Of a stretch of DNA of 64,000 nucleotides, positions 39,524 through 51,329 are shown piece after piece. Position 1 is the first letter of the stretch. Each line of letters starts with the position of its first letter. The notes below the pieces were generated by a model that was given only the letters and a program-made list of their open reading frames with translations, ran no database searches and had not been told where the DNA came from. The stretch spans positions 6,944,001 to 7,008,000 of the forward strand of contig NC_043005.1 of NCBI RefSeq assembly GCF_006345805.1. The letters are read 5' to 3'. The position numbers and the translations under genes are program-made. Source of the stretch: Octopus sinensis (lineage: Eukaryota).

Positions 39524-39863
39524 GTAAAAATACAAACAATAAGAGAAGAGCTATAAAGCCTGCATCAATTAAATAATTGATAGCTTTTTTTGAAAATGAA
39601 TGAAAAGCCCAGTTTAAACAAACTTTATTTTAAAACTACTTTGGAAGATGTATTACTGGTGTTTTTGATTCAATTTCCTATTTACATTAGCAGTATTATT
39701 GTGAGCAACTGTATATTAAGTTGTTTAGATTTTCCAATCCCAATATCTCATCCGTCCCTTTCACTATATAAATGATAATTCATCCCTAAGAAACATGAAA
39801 TACATACGCTATTGTTAGAAAATATTTGCATAAGAATATCTGCTATTAATATATATATATATT

Positions 39864-40090
39864 TCTTTACCACCCACAAGGGGCTAAACACAGAGGGGAC
39901 AAACAAGGACAGACAAAGGGATTAAGTTAATTACATCGACCACAGTGCATCACTGGTACTTAATTTATCGACCCCGAAAGGATGAAAGGCAAAGTCGACT
40001 TTGGCGGAGTTTGAACTCGGATCGTAACAACAGACGAAACACAGCTATGCATTTCACCCGGCGTGCTAACGTTTCTGCCAGCTCGCCACC
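39864..40090 (-). mobile_element. SINE family B
   Basis: Reverse complement of family B. Confidence 0.88.
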
Positions 40091-40236
40091 TATATATATA
40101 TATAGGTGAACCCTGTTGGCTTTTGTTATATATATATATATATATATATATTTTGTTATATATATATATATATATATTTTGTTATATATATATATATTTT
40201 GTTATATATATATATATATTTTGTTATATATATATA

Positions 40237-40957
40237 CTAGCTTAAGGTGACCCACTCTACGCGCGGGTGAGTTTGTGGTTGTTACTTTTTGTTGCTTCCT
40301 TTCTGTTTCTTATCGCCACATTCTCCCTCTTTGTTTCTCTATACTTTCTCATTTCCCACTCTCTTACTCTTCCTTTCTCTTGGATTTTCCCTCACTTTCT
40401 CTTATTGTTTATCTTTCTCTATCTATCTATCTCTCTGCCATTTATAAAAAAATTAGATTTCTGCGTTTAAATTACAAATCCGCTTATACTTTACCATGTT
40501 GAAAATTTGATTGAAATTGGGCAAAAGGTGTCCAATCTAGACCACCAAGTGTCCCCCAAAATCAATAAAATCCCGTTTTCACACCAAAGCAACCACTGTA
40601 GTGCCACAAAACGTTTCCCAATCAATTTTCCCCTCCTGTAAATTTGAATCCCCTTCCAGCCCCATTTAGACCCCTTTTTACATAAAAATCCAATCTGTGT
40701 CTACGTTCGCCTTCTTCATTTTATAGATAGGATTAGATGCCAATCGCGCCAATCTGGAGGGGCTTAGAGCCCCCTTGAATCTTCTCAGCATAGCAACCGC
40801 ATCTTTCCAGATGGTGAGTTTTAACCTACTCAGCTCATCACGCCTTCTATGCCTGTGTCAATTTTCAGCTCGATCTGACCACTGCTGTGGCCGCCAACCT
40901 CTGACGTAGCAAAACGTGCACGCAATTTTGACCCAAAGCCTTTTTTATATATATAGA
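40237..40957 (-). mobile_element. Non-autonomous Helitron
   Basis: Minus strand starts A|TCTATATATATAAAAAA and ends with an imperfect hairpin acccgcgcgtagagtgggt then CTAG|T. Confidence 0.8.
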
Positions 40958-40959
40958 TA

Positions 40960-42079
40960 GCAGAGTTTATCATTGTTTTATTTGTTTCGGTATTATAACT
41001 CAATTTCATTCGGGTCTACGCGGGCCACACTTTAAAGATGAGAAATTTTGCCCCAGAGGCCACACCTTTCAATTGAGCAAACTCGCCAGGACTTTTAACA
41101 TAGGTGTGCAAATTTTCAACAGAATCCTACCATATTTACTAATACTTTTGCCTGTATAACTACTTGTGAGACAACATCTGCCCTTTTCACAAATATGTAG
41201 TAGACCTACAGAGATACCCGACTTTACTTGGGATTAAAATGGCATAGTTTTTCGTTATTTTATTTGTTTGGTTAATATGAGCCGATTTCATTCGGGCCAC
41301 ATTTTAAAAGATGAGGAATTTTGTCCTAGAGGTCACACCTTTCAATTGAGGAAAAAAAAAAGTTGGCATGCAAACTCACCAGCACTTTTACCATAGGTGT
41401 GCATATTTTCAACCACATAATGCACACATAATATATATATATATATAAGCATTAAATATATGTGTGTGTGTGTGTGTGTGTATGTGTGTACGCATTATAT
41501 ATACAAATGTATACAAATTATATATATATAAATACATGTATGTATACTTTTTTATATATATATACATTATATATACATATTCATATATAGATACACACAC
41601 ACACGCACATATATAAATTAACCCAATAAATATCTGATTCATAATATTTGTTCTCATGATTGTGTGGTGATGGTGGCGATAATAAAACTCTATGAATGCA
41701 GACAGACGTACAGAGAGAGAGAGAGAGAGAGAGAGGCAGTGAGGGAAAGAGTGACAGCACTGGTGTAGGTGGCGGGGAAAGATAGTAGTATCTGTCAAAC
41801 GTCCTTATCGAGAGAAAGTGATGGGAAGGGAGGAAATAGAGAGAGACAGAGGAAGACATGCAGATAAGAGAATGAGAGGAGACTTGTCAAAGTGTGCGTT
41901 TGTTGCCCTTGTAACGACACCTTTTAAGATAGGGGTTTTTAACCTAGCCCTCTCACACCCTCACCTCATTTTACATGTCCCTGTAAATTTTGGAGTCAAT
42001 CCGACGGGATCTAGTGCCCTTTAACCCGTTCCAGTGCCAAAACCAGACAAACAAACTTTTCGCATTTCAGATTTATAGA
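40960..42079 (-). mobile_element. Probable second Helitron-like element with internal duplication and microsatellites
   Basis: Minus-strand start TCTATAAATCTGAAATGCGAAAAGTTTGTTTGTC resembles non-autonomous Helitron 5' ends; about 150-bp direct repeat at about 40975 and 41257. Confidence 0.45.
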
Positions 42080-42093
42080 TATTGATATACATA

Positions 42094-43096
42094 TTGTTGT
42101 TGTTGTTGTTGGCATCCTTTTGTCTCGGGAGATAATGGAGTTGTACGCATAAAATAATCTAGTCCGATTTTTTTCATTTCATGCTGTGGCTGTGTAGTCC
42201 TATCCTGGACAAACACTCCCTCTGGCAGCTGCCGCAAATGTAGCGAAGACTTTGCCTGGCTGGTTGTAATGCCATAGTCTCTTGTTGACGTCTTTTCTTG
42301 TCTTTCCATTTCTCCTCTCTCCTTCTGTCACTCCTTTGTGTCCCCTCTTCTATGGTGCGTCACCAATCTCCACGGTTGCTGGCAACTGCTTCCCAGTTGC
42401 TAATATTGATGTCGCAGGCCTTCATGTCCCTTTTGCAAACATCCTTGTATCGTAAGAATGGTCTTCCAACAGACCTAGTGCCCCGACCAATCTCTCCGTA
42501 GAGTATGTCCTTGGGGATTCTGCCATCTTCCATATGACTAACATGTCCAAGCCATCTCATACATCCTGATCAAGGAGATGCTCTTTACTGATGCTGCTGC
42601 TCTGGTATCACACACAGAAGAAGCCCTGCAAAGGCTCATCAATTGCTTTGAGCAAGCATGTTGTGACTTTGGCTTAGTTATCAGCCTCAAGAAGACCAAA
42701 ATCGTGGGTCGTGCTACATCGGACATCCCAAACATACATATTAGAGATCACACACTACAAGAGGTGGAGAAGTTTACCTATCTTGGCTCTACCATCACCT
42801 ACAACCTATCCCTTGATGCTAAGCTCAGTATACACAACTCTCCAAATGGGCATGGGACGACAATAAGCTGACCAAGACCACAAAAATGAAGATTTACCAG
42901 GCATGTGTACTTAACACTACTGTATGGCAGTGAGACCTTGACGCCATACACACGCCAAGAGCATCACCTAAATATCTTTCACCTGCTCTGCTTCCGGAAA
43001 ATCCATGGCATCAAATGGCAGAATCATGTCCCCAAGAAAGATGTCCTCAACCAAGCAGGAATACAAAGCATGTTTGCACTCCTCTTACAAAGATGT
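42094..43096 (-). mobile_element. RTE (BovB-like) LINE, 5'-truncated, with inverted 5' segment
   Basis: 3' segment on minus (MRWLGHV...GRIPKDILYGE...CGSCQRECLSRIGLHSH, (CAA)n tail); RT segment on plus 42566-43096 (EMLFTDAAAL...FTYLGS...LLYGSE...SMFALLLQR). Confidence 0.9.
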
Positions 43097-43529
43097 CATT
43101 CTGATTGAATTTTCCATGTGTAAACATGCACCACCTCGTGACAATGTAAACTTTCATTTAATCAAGATATCCTTGGCCTGAAGAGTAAGCTGTGGTATGC
43201 ACCTTGCTTGGATATTTACCACACTTTTGAAGACCTGCTCACTACGAAACATTCCATTCCTTAACTCTTGTATTCTTATTTGCATACCTGGGAACCCTGG
43301 TCACCTACTGTGAAATATAAAAAGAACTTTTTTCAGTTTATTATACTTTGATATGACAAAAATCCACACCTTTTCTTCTCAGAAGAGCACTATTGTCCCT
43401 GAAAGCTGTTTTTTATATTTACTACAAATTGCTAGAGGCTAACTTTCCTCCTACACCTCGATCCCTGGATCTTATATTTATATATATATATACATATATT
43501 CAAATGCGTCTTTTAAATTTTGTCTATTA

Positions 43530-43930
43530 CTAGTTTTTGTCATTAAACTGTGGCCATGCTGGGGCACTGCCTTGAAGAATTTTTAGTTGAATGAATCAAC
43601 TCTGTGACTTATTGTATTTTTAAGACTGTTACTTATTCTATTGGTCACTTTAGACAAACTGCTAAGTTATGAGGACATACACACACTAACACCAGCTGTC
43701 AAATAGTGCTGGAGAACAAACACATACACACACATACATACACACACACACATACACACACACTCACACATGTATGTATACATCAAGCTTCTTACAGTTT
43801 CCATCAACCAAATCCACTCTCAAGGTTTTGGTCAGTCTGCAGCTATAGCAGAAGACACTTGCCCAAGGTATCATGCAGTGGGACTGAACCTGGGACCATG
43901 TGATTGGGAAGCAAACTTCTTACCACACAG
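43530..43930 (-). mobile_element. SINE family A, diverged
   Basis: Reverse complement of family A. Confidence 0.75.
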
Positions 43931-44113
43931 TTGTGGCTTTATATCTTTTTTATCATTTATCTTTTCTGTTTTGGCCATTGGATTGTGGTCATCCCATGGC
44001 ACCACCATGAAGGGTTTAATTAGACAAATTGATCCCAGTAAATGGGATGTAAGCAAATGAACACTAGATGCACGGTAGTGGTAGAGAACAAACAAACACA
44101 CACACACACATAC

Positions 44114-45080
44114 ATATCATCATCATCATCATAATTTAATGTCTGCTTTCCATGCTGGCATGGGTTGTTCAGTTTGACATAGAGCTGTCCAGACTCCGGC
44201 TGTCTGTTGTGGCATGGTTTGCATGGCTGGATGCCCTTCCTAACACCAACCACTTAACAGAGTGTGCTGGGTGCTTTTTATGTGTTACCAGCACAGGTTC
44301 CTTTATGCAACACCATCATGGATGCATTAATGCAATACTGGCATGGATGGTTTTTATGTGGCACCGGCACCTGCCTGTACATGTGGCAGACAGTGATTTT
44401 ACTTAGCTTGACAAGTCTTATCAAGTACAGCAAATTGCCACATCTCCTGGTCCCTTGTCATTTCCTCAGTGAGGCCCAATGTCTGAGGATCCTTTCTCAC
44501 CAGTTCATCCCATGACTTCCTGAATCTATTCCTTCCACAGATACCCTCAACAATTAGAGCTCAGTACTTCTTTATGCAGCTGTCCTCATTCATACACATC
44601 ACATGACCAAACCAGCACAGTTTTCTTTCTTGCACACAGAATCTGATGCCCCTTGTACTCAGTTTTCCTCTTTAATAATATACACTCTGTTGTACATGCA
44701 CACTGACATTACCCAACCAGTAGAGCATAACTTCATTTCTTCTGGGTCTTCACAAGTCCTCTGTAGTCAAAGCCCATATTTCACTGCCATGTAACATAGC
44801 TGTACGTACAAGGGCATCGTGTAATCTGCCTTTCACTCTGACGGAGAGGCCCTTACTTACCAGCAAAGATAGAAGCTCTTTGAACTTCACCAAGCCCATT
44901 CTTATCCTAGCAACAACACTTTCAGAACTCCCTCTCCCACTGTTAACTTGGTCTCCTAGGTAACAGAAGCTATCTACTGCTTCTAATGACCCATCCAAGC
45001 ATTTGAGGGAGCCTGTTATCAGTGTATTTTCAGTGCTTATTGTACCTTCACATTTGCCACACCCAAAGACTATATTCTCT
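44114..45080 (-). mobile_element. RTE LINE 3' portion: ORF2 C-terminus, 3' UTR and (TGA)n tail
   Basis: ORF 44750-45097 contains EAVDSFCYLGD...ARIRMG..KFKELL...KGRL..A.VRTAMLHGSEIW; contiguous with a 3' UTR carrying the ggtgcttttatgtg...caccggcac motif. Confidence 0.85.
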
Positions 45081-45427
45081 GTTATCCTTCTTTTCATATC
45101 ACTGCACCTCTTCTATATATAAATACATAAATAATCATTTATGCCTATACACACATACATCTATATTCATTATGTGCAACAGAATCAGGGTTAGTTTAAA
45201 AGATCAATCTGTGTATCATACTTAAAGCAAATACATCCTTGAAATCCTGATTAAATGCAGTATTTGACCTGAGATAGTGTATGTTATAGATGTATAGTGT
45301 GAAAAACACAAAAATATATATGCGGCAGACAAAAATTGCCTAGTAGTTGCTGTTAATGAAGATTTCCATGATGTATCTGCTTTAAGTATGATAAACAGAT
45401 AACTCTCTATCTCCCTCTCTTTTGATG

Positions 45428-45463
<36 letters not shown>

Positions 45464-45473
45464 AATATATAGT

Positions 45474-45635
45474 TCACGGAGTGGTTGGCGTTAGGAAGGG
45501 CATCCAGCTGTAGAAACATTGCCAGATAAGACTGGAGCCTGGTGCAGCCTTCTGGCTTCCCAGATCCCCGGTCGAACCGTCCAACCCATGCTAGCATGGA
45601 GAACGGACGTTAAACGATGATGATGATGATGATGA
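45474..45635 (+). mobile_element. RTE-LINE 3' tail
   Basis: cacggagtggttggcgttaggaagggcatccag...ggacgttaaacgatgatgat. Confidence 0.85.
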
Positions 45636-45639
45636 ATCC

Positions 45640-45765
45640 AAACATGAAAACACAAAGAGAAAACACAACGCGAGAACATGGAACAAGTATAGTGTTATTG
45701 GACGCTCAGGAAAGGAAAGAAAGAAGGAGGATTTAACGTTTCGAGCGGAGCTCTTCATCATAAAT
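45640..45765 (-). mobile_element. Penelope-like terminus with hammerhead motif
   Basis: Minus strand AUUU AUGAUGA A GAGC UCC GCUC GAAAC GUU AAAU followed by a pyrimidine-rich tail. Confidence 0.65.
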
Positions 45766-48032
45766 GTATGTATGTATGTATATATATACCTATATGTGTA
45801 TATGTATGTATACATACACATGCATGCACACATATACATGCATACATATATATATATGCGTGTATATGTGTGTGTGTAGGCATAAATAATTATCTATATA
45901 TATATATATATATATATAAAAACATCTTGCCATCTGTCCAACTTCAAATATTTCATTCCTGTAATGTAATGCACCTGAGGATCCATAGTGATTGGAACAT
46001 CCAACACAGAGGCTCTTAACAATTACAACAGTGAAACATACATATGGAGCAAATGATATAAACTTTTATTTGTCATAATTTCTTATACATATAAATGTGT
46101 GTGTGTGGGGGGGTGTTTGTAAGAATTATGGCTGTGATCAACAACACACTATGAGAAATAGCATCAAGCTTTTAAAAAGTGGAATGGTTTCAAGCACTAG
46201 GGAGAAATAATTTCCTTTTCTTTTCCTTTTCTTTCTCTCTTTCTTTTTTTAATTTTGGCATCGTAAAAAATAATTTCCAATTATTTTTTAATATTGCTCA
46301 GCCATAGTATTTTACAGTTAAGGAGTAGTTAGTCATCAATACATTGTAGTTTCCTGGGTTAGTTATGCTTAAATCTAAATAAAATAAGTTCTCTCCATGA
46401 AGATTAATTAAGAATAGATATAAACAAGGATAAGTTTCTCTATATCACGGAGATGTGTGCCGAGGGTTTTATTTCACGTGAAATATGGGTGTTTAATGTG
46501 CTGCTCTATATAATGTACAGATCAACAAGACATCGTATTTAATCAGCTTTACTGAAAATAGATTCCAACCATTTTACTTGACACCATGTTAGCTGAGTAA
46601 TTATAGAATAACTTTAAGCTACAATTTTTGTCAACATGATAAGCTGAACACATTAATAAGATGTGCTTACAAAATTTCAAGTGAATTTCAAGTTTGTAAG
46701 TAAAGAAAATGCACACAACTATATGTTAAGAAATATCTATATGGAATGTAAAACTAACAATAGATTTTAAAATCTACCCTAAAATGCTTTTCATATGTAC
46801 ATCAAAGTTTTATTCTGTATTTCAGAATTTATCCATTAACCTATTAAGAATAAACATCTTCATGTATACTGAAATAATTATAAGAAATAACAAAACAATG
46901 ATTAAAAATATAAACAAATTATATCCCTTAAATACAAATGGATTTCAAATGAAATCTTGAAAATATTTTTAAAATTTGGGAAAGATTTTTGCTGTTTTGT
47001 TTCTGTACTCATTTGCTTGGTAGAAGTATTTCATTCGTGCATCCTGCTGAGAGATCTAACCATATCTCTGCTTGCTTAAACTCAACTCCCCTCTCAACAT
47101 GTACCCTTGAGCATGCCAATATATCTTCATGACATTAACAGTGATTCCTTGTAAGATTTAAGCCTGTTTAATTGTTCTTTAAATGCATGTTGAAATATCT
47201 GATTATTTGGTATCATGAAAGGATTCTAATTTTTATTTTCTTATTCTAATTTGTCACTCTCGTTAGTTTTTATTGCTTACTATCTTCACACTACACTTTC
47301 ACAAAAGTTTATATAAATGTTACTTTCCTCTTCATTATTGATGTCAGCATATGACTTTAGATCCTAATCTTTCTTTATCCACGTCTCCATTCTCTCGTGA
47401 CTTGACATCACGAGGTGCTTTAAAGTAGTTGGATGCAGCTATTTTATTTGTTTCTTTTATTTATTTACTTTGAAAGCTTCTAAGATATGACTGTTAACCA
47501 CGACAAACTTGCTAAAAAGAATCAGTTCTCTGATGATACTTTTACTTTCTCTTTTGTCTTTATTGTATTTTAAAGATATTATTTAATTTTTTTTACAATA
47601 TTAATTTATTCAAAATGCAATCAAACTTTTTTACTACTCTTACTGGAGTTTTTAACAAAATAAACATGTTGGAGCTTTTATTGACTGGTCTTTTAAGTTT
47701 AATCAAAGTATCGTTGTAATTTAATCATTATAGACAAAATAACATAGTAGCTGAACAGATCTTACTCATATGAATTTCTCCTGTTTTGAAAACAGAAGTT
47801 TTGTTGATTAGTCATCATCATTAGCAGTATCATCTATTTTGTTTCAAGAGAAACTTTTCTTAGTGTAACATTTGAAGTGTATGCATAACAGAATGTGTAG
47901 ATATGTAGGTATATGTATCTTAATACAGAAATATAAATGATGCTTGGGCATACATGTATATTTATGTGAGTGTTTAAGAATATATTTTCTCAGTAGAAAA
48001 TGTATGTACATGTGCTTATATATATATGTGTG

Positions 48033-48078
<46 letters not shown>

Positions 48079-48131
48079 ATATATATATATCTATATATAT
48101 ATATATATATATATGTGTATATATATATGTG

Positions 48132-48164
<33 letters not shown>

Positions 48165-48199
48165 ATATGTATGTATATATGTATGTATATATGTATGTA

Positions 48200-48234
<35 letters not shown>

Positions 48235-48516
48235 TTGTATGTATGTATGTATGTATATTTGCATTGGTATATGTGTGTGTCCTTATATATGCATGTCTAT
48301 GCTAATCTCGACCCTAACTTGGTGTCCTTGTTTCTAAAATATCTTGATTCAAATGAATCCTACAAACAATTAATAATTATATACATACATATATATATAT
48401 ATATATATATTAATGCTTGTTTTTATGTTCAGTTACAATAAAGACAATTTTACATTAATCTGGTGGGTGACTCTATACTTTTCTAGAGAACAAATTTATC
48501 TTTCTCATACAACAAC

Positions 48517-48608
48517 GTTATTGACAGTGACTTTGAAGTTTCAGCCAGCTATAAACCACCATCTGATGATGGCTTAGCCAGCCAAAACCTTGAAGTCACT
48601 GACACAAC
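48517..48608. mobile_element. About 90-bp fold-back with overlapping hammerhead-like arms
   Basis: gttattgacagtgactttgaagtttcagcc ... ctgatgatggcttagccagccaaaaccttgaagtcactgacacaac. Confidence 0.65.
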
Positions 48609-48620
48609 AATGTGTGCGTG

Positions 48621-48674
<54 letters not shown>

Positions 48675-49044
48675 TGTGTGTGTGTGTGTGCATGTATGTG
48701 TATGTGTGTGAAATTGTGAAATTTGAAAATCTATTCAACTCAAAATAGTCAATAAATTTGACTCTACTAATCGTATGGTACCACCATCAGTAACCACTTG
48801 GTTGCTTGCTACAAACTGACCAACAATACTTATAATGTGCTTATATATACACATACACGCATACCTTTTTATTTCATTTTAGCCGCTGCATGTGAGTTCA
48901 TATTGAAGCACTGAGTTTAGTGGTACTGTTCTGGTATCACCACTGCTGTATATCCTGGGGGATGAAATTTTCCCATGTTTAGCATCATTAATTGGGGAAC
49001 AGCAAGTTGGTGGAAGCTACTATACCACTATACCATAGTTTTTA

Positions 49045-49432
49045 GGGATTTTTGAGTCGAGAATGTCAACGTCAAAATAAAAATTCAAATGGAAATTGTA
49101 GTTAAGACACCCGTGCCAGTGACACGTAAAAAGCACCATCCGAACATGGCAGATACTAGCGCCGCTTGAGTGGCGTCCATGTTGGTGACACGTAAAGGCA
49201 CACCATCCGATCATGGCCGTTTGCCAGCCTGCTCTGGCCCCTGTGCCAGTGGCACATAAAAAAACACCCATTACACTCACGGAGTGGTTGGTGTTAGGAA
49301 GGGCATCAGTGGTAGAAACACTGCCAAAACAGACTAGAGCCTGGTGCAGCCTCCATGGCTTACCAGACCCCAGTCGAACTGTCCAACCCATACGAGCATG
49401 GAAAACGGACGTTAAATGATGATGATGATGTA
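49045..49432 (+). mobile_element. RTE-LINE 3' end with minisatellite units
   Basis: gtgccagtgacacgtaaaaagcaccatccg units and the (TGA)n tail. Confidence 0.82.
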
Positions 49433-49912
49433 AAATGCCAATTAAACTTCTTAGCCCCTTTAGAAGGAAAGTATTTAGTTGTGCTCCTCTAAATGCTAAT
49501 CTCTTGCAATATGGATTATTCATATAATAAAGAAGGAAGGTTATAAAGAAAGAAACTTCAGGATCTGAAATTACCTTCCTTATTACTCTACGACCTGAAA
49601 GAACTTTCAATGTGTTTACAAATGAAAGACTTGCATACATATTGGAGTTATGTTTTCGACAACAAATTTGAGAGTTGAGGCATAAATGTGCACTGGTGTT
49701 CCCAGTAGTCCAGATCTCTGATAGGGGTCATGTTCTTTATAAAGAACTTTCACCTTCAGGTAGATAAAGAAATTAAAGTTTGAGCAACAGTCTAATTAGG
49801 ATAAGGGATTTCCAGGAGATTTGATTTCTCACTGCAAAGGTTCACAATAACCAAGCCATTGAGCTCTCAGCAATTAGTGGAGAGTCTGTGAATGTGTTCA
49901 GGGAAAAATACA

Positions 49913-50232
49913 TCATCATCATCATTATCGTTTATCGTCTGCTTTCCATGCTAGCATGGGTTGGATGGTTTGACTGAGGGCTGGCGAACCAGATGGCTGC
50001 ACCAGGCTCCAGTCTCGATCTGGCAGAGTTTCTACAGCTGGATGCCCTCCCTAACACCAACCACTCCGAGAGTGTAGTGGGTGCTTTTACATGCCACCGG
50101 CACGGGGGCCACTCAGGCAGTAGTGGCAATGACCTCGCTCAAATCTTTTTACACATGCCAACAGCACAGGTGCCAGTAAGGTGATGCTGGTAATGATTTT
50201 GCTTGAATGGGGCCTCCTACATGCCACCGGCA
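49913..50232 (-). mobile_element. RTE-LINE 3' end
   Basis: (CAT)n tail, ccatgctagcatgggttgg, ggtgcttttacatgccaccggcac. Confidence 0.82.
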
Positions 50233-50819
50233 TCTGTAACTATTACCACAGGGTTGGTTTTTTTGGGCTTTTTTGGTTATTTCTTTTGAGATCAATATGA
50301 CATTTTGTTTGGGGTTTTCTGACTATAATGAAGTGTACAGAATTTGGTGAATTAAAGAATATGTTATTAACTGCTCAAGTGTAGACAGACCATTTAATAA
50401 GATGCAGTAGGAATGATGATACTTTACAAATTCTTTGATTGTTATTTTATAATGCAGTTTGTGAACTATAGCATCATTGGTTACAGGATACTAAACAAAG
50501 AAAGTACTTAATATTCATGCTAGTATATATAATTATTATATTTGGAGATTTAAAATTCCATTACTCAAGTTACCTGTAGCTAAGATCTATTATCAAATGA
50601 CTTGTTTTCTCTTTTCCTATCCTTGACCATTATTACTTATTAGAGTTCTTGTATTTATGTATTCGGTAACCACTGGATTTGGTCTGTAGTTTTGTGTATA
50701 TACCAAGTTGTCACAACATTAATTTTTCGTTTTATTAGGTGTAATTTTTTACAGTCTTTATTTGGAAAGAAACTCTTGTTCAAAGTCATATAAAGCAGTC
50801 ATAATATATAAATTTTCTA

Positions 50820-51145
50820 CTAGTAAAAGATTCTAAACTCTTGCAATTCTGGCATTGTGGTACGCAAATTCAATAACTGATACATTACCAAGTTATATAT
50901 ATTGCGTCTCATGTTTGATCTTTGACTTCTGGCCGGAATCAGATCGCCATGTTGATTCGCTAGCTTCTGCACGCATTTCTTTTCTCTCCTTGTTTCTCTC
51001 CGTGTTTCTTTTCTGTGTATCTTTCTGTTGAAGAGTGTAGGCTCGAAACGTAAAAGACTTGTTTTATTTATATTCCTGAGCGCCATACTAATACAATTGT
51101 TTGTTTGTACTTCACCTGCCTTCGTCTTTTGTTTATTTTCATAAA
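50820..51145 (+). mobile_element. Penelope-like terminus (pLTR) with hammerhead motif
   Basis: UCUUU CUGUUGA A GAGU GUAG GCUC GAAAC GUA AAAGA at 51020-51057; ends at (TA)n. Confidence 0.7.
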
Positions 51146-51154
51146 GCTTCCCGT

Positions 51155-51190
<36 letters not shown>

Positions 51191-51329
51191 ATATAATATA
51201 TATATATACAGGAATAAAACGTCTTGGTAGTATACAGAATCGTAGGTATCACAGTGTGAATATCTCTTCAAAAGTTTGAAAGGAAAAGGGTAATTATGAT
51301 TAGTATAACCTATGGATAACTAATTAGTT

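Noticed and set aside
46471-46484. Perfect palindrome atttcacgtgaaat containing an E-box
   Set aside because: A single short motif with no promoter context; could be chance.
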